In this document: positions 61,340 through 64,000 of the stretch, one piece after another
How the letters are laid out: each line of letters begins with the position of its first letter
Position numbering within the stretch: the first letter of the stretch is position 1
Assembly: GCF_001194135.2 (NCBI RefSeq)
Contig: NC_068988.1
Span: 95,483,328 to 95,547,327, forward strand
Source: Octopus bimaculoides
Lineage: Eukaryota
Length of the DNA: 64,000 bases
Reading direction: 5' to 3'
Position numbers and translations under genes: made by a program
Notes under the pieces: model-generated
Told to the model about the DNA's origin: nothing
What the model saw: the letters and a program-made list of their open reading frames with translations, nothing else
Database searches by the model: none

Positions 61340-61977
61340 ACACCAGATTGTCATTTACAAAGTCATGTGACAGCCAAATATAGTCTGCTGTCTTAATTTC
61401 GTGTTCTCCATATTTGATAAGAGTGTGCGGTGTGTTTCTTTTCAGATGGTCTGCTTAATGCATAGTAATAGGCGTATATTCCTTCTGTATACTCTTCCCG
61501 GGTCCATTTGATCCTCTTACATTTGATCCTCTTACATTTTTTCTTTCTGTGGTGGGTATGGTGGTGGACTTGGAGGGCTCGAGTTGGGGCAATTCCCGCT
61601 CAAGTGACCATCCAGGTTCGTATTCAGAGAAGAGTTTGTGCCAGCACCCGTACCATACCCGAGACAACTAACACAACTTGGAAAATATATCCAAGCGCGT
61701 CAGCATTTGAACCTGACTCAACGGTCTGTTGGGGATTGGTTCAGTCTGTCTCTGGAGGTGCAAACCAAACCCCATCTCTAGCCTGCCGCGCTACTTCCTG
61801 GGTGACACTTTCTCACTGTTCATAATCTCATTCTAATGCTATCTACCTAGATAGGAACTGGGACCAGATTTCGAGGAGTGTCGTAAGTCTCACATGGAAA
61901 TGGGTTGAGATGAAGCTACCCCTGAAAGGCCGAGAGAGGTGGTAAATGTTTACACCACCTTGTTCATATCTGGCCCC
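61340..61977 (-). mobile_element. R4/Dong-type non-LTR retrotransposon 5' end (5' UTR and ORF N-terminus)
   Basis: KRIKWTREEYTEGIYAYYYALSRPSEKKHTAHSYQIWRTRN* (61518-61393) resembles the R4/Dong N-terminal RxKWTxExxxxIxxxYY..TYxIWR motif; 15-bp tandem duplication at 61506-61536; structured 5' UTR upstream. Confidence 0.6.
61804..61977 (-). ncRNA. Candidate HDV-like self-cleaving ribozyme (probably decayed)
   Basis: P1 GGGGCCA/UGGUCCC, P2 GACACU/AGUGUC, L3-like CCUCG, P4 hairpin and J4/2-like GAGAA occur in the canonical nested order; P3 5' strand and catalytic C are not intact. Confidence 0.5.
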
Positions 61978-63159
61978 GTGAGAGGGCTTACTCTTTTGCT
62001 TCTTGTGGAAGTAATACGTTCCACTAATCAGAAAGGCAATTGCGGGATGGTTCAGCGTTCTTACGTGGGTGTGAATAGAAAGAAGTATTTCCCTCCCAAG
62101 TAAGTTTTCGAAAAGGTGAGAGATGGAAGCTTGGTCAGGTTAAATGTACCAGTGAAGGGCATCCAGTTGTTAATCGTGAGCAAAAGATTTAAGTTTTTCA
62201 GATCCGTTTTGGTCTCGGTGTTAGTAAAAATATCAGCAAATTTGACTTCAACATTTTCTTTGGATACAGTTAGAATTTTATGCGCATACAAATATATACT
62301 CCTTTTTTTTATTTCCTGAGTATGTAGGGAACATTGCAAATGCGAGGTGTCAACAGTTTGGACAGACCAAATTCAAAAATATCACTTAAACGAAAATATA
62401 AAGATCTCCCAGACATCTTTGCTTCTTTGAGCTGACAAAGTTGACTTTTAACTGTTTCCTTGCAAATAAAACCAGAGATGTGTCGACTGAATGCAGGAAA
62501 ATGTTCTCTTGACTGTAAGCAAAAATTCTGTGAGTCTTCAGCAAACAACCCTCAGCTGGAGCGTAGAGTTATTTCAAAACCACGATATTGGAATTAGCGG
62601 TTAAACATCGTCGCGTGTTTGCTGAGAGCCTGAAATTAAATAGTTGAGATGAAAAGAAAATATTGAAAGATTTTATTTGTTTCGTTTGTGTAGTTGGTGC
62701 TATTAGTAGTAGTGGCGATGATGTTAGCAGTGGTGGTGGCAGCAGCGGTGGTCGTGCTGCTGCTGATGATGTTGGCATTGGTGGTGAGAAGCCAGTTTTT
62801 CTTTTCCTGTTAGTGCGAAGTATTAACCTACATGGTGTAGCATTGCGGTGTAGCGGAGTTGTGGTGTGGCTCCAAGACCAGGTGGATCAGGAACGCAGAT
62901 CGCTTCTGAAGAATACGGAGCCACAACCCATCGCTTTTTAGAAAACAAATGCATTAAATAGTGTAGTCCTAGATACACTAAGTCTGAATGTCCAACAGGT
63001 TGGTCATGGATGGCTTGCTTTAAGGTTAATGTGTGTCGCCTGAAATGTAGTAATGCATGGAACAGCTGTGAGTGGCGGAATGGGGGAGTGGAATTATTAA
63101 GAAAAAATTAAACAGTGTTGTGAGATGATAATGTTTGTATGTAGGGGAAGAATGAAACT

Positions 63160-63354
63160 GTCTAGGCACAAGGCTCGAAATTTTGGGTAAGGGGGCCAGT
63201 CAATTTGATTGACCTCAGTACGCAACTGGTACTTAATTTATCGACGAAAGGCAAAGTCGACCTCGGCGGAATTTGAACTCAGAACATAAAGCTAGACGAA
63301 ATACCGCTAAGTATTTCGCCCGGCGTGCTAACGTTTCTGAAGGCCCGCCGCCTT
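63160..63354 (-). mobile_element. SINE family B
   Basis: Reverse complement begins AGGCGGCGGGCCTTCAGAAACGTTAGCACGCCGGGCGAAATACTTAGCGG. Confidence 0.85.
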
Positions 63355-63357
63355 GAT

Positions 63358-63478
63358 AATATTTAATAATAAAAATATAATAGTGGTTTTTTTTAAACAT
63401 CGAAAGGCTATGGAGGGTCTAGTGGAGTCAAATGAGAACCAAAGGGGTCAGCAAGTAAAAGATGGTTGAGAAAAACTA
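63358..63478 (+). mobile_element. hAT-type MITE right-end fragment
   Basis: Homologous to 46650-46765; ends GGGGTCAGCAAGTAAAAGATGGTTGAGAAAAACT (cf. GGTTGAGAACCACTG termini). Confidence 0.6.
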
Positions 63479-64000
63479 GATTAAAGTATTGTAGTAATTA
63501 AACAAATTTGCGGGATGAGGGGAATAATGTCTAAGAATAATTAAACATTGTTGTAGGATGAAGGAATAATGTGTGGAAATAATTAAGCAGTGTTGTGGTA
63601 TGATAGAGTATTAATTAATTATAATTAAATGCTGATGCTGTAGTATAATAAAGGATGCTAACAATGAAACTGAGTAAATAGTTAGAGATTCAGAAGAAAC
63701 TTAACTATTTCTTAACGCTTCGAACATGGAATTTTTCTTTTCTTGGGAATAAAATACATGTGTTTGTGTATATGTTGTGTCTGGATAATTTTTGTTTGTA
63801 TATATTATTTACATTACACTTATATACACAATTATATATGTGTATTTATACACATGCTCATTCACCTGTATTATACCCTCATATATATTCATATATACAC
63901 GTTTGTGCATGTGTGTATATATAAATAATTATAGACATAGTAGTCGGTGTGCACACACACGTGTATATATACCATATATATATATATATATATATATATA

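Noticed and set aside
62061-62548. Minus-strand ORFs with LYFRLSDIF and PSLTFSKTY, vaguely like Penelope RT (FRYxDDIF, IKFTxE)
   Set aside because: Similarity is too fragmentary to call by eye; needs an HMM search.

Overview
AT-rich animal genomic DNA, most likely a coleoid cephalopod (octopus). That assignment is an inference from the SINE families and the very high microsatellite load. About 5 kb is N, in 16 assembly gaps that mostly fall inside (TA)n/(CA)n tracts. I cannot confidently identify any host protein-coding gene. Almost all long entries in the ORF track are artefacts of microsatellites or N runs, and only a few isolated, well-spliced candidate exons of unknown product remain, so the window looks intronic or intergenic. 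Most recognisable content is mobile-element debris. There are three tRNA-headed SINE families (more than 30 copies or fragments), L2/CR1-group LINE remnants, the 5' and 3' ends of R4/Dong-type non-LTR elements, and a Penelope-like element. DNA-transposon debris includes a Helitron 5' end fused to a PIF1 helicase fragment, a Helentron/HINE-like 3' end, a decayed hAT transposase, and mariner, pogo/Tigger-like and hAT MITEs. The two most interesting signals are RNA structures missing from the ORF track. One is an HDV-like nested double-pseudoknot candidate at the 5' end of the R4/Dong-like element (61804-61977, minus), probably a decayed copy. The other is a minimal hammerhead ribozyme inside an inverted Penelope pseudo-LTR (52974-53019, minus). 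Also notable are an alternating-orientation SINE array that could form long dsRNA and fold-back palindromes centred on (TA)n. All family assignments are by eye from remembered motifs; no database search was run, and repeat boundaries are approximate.
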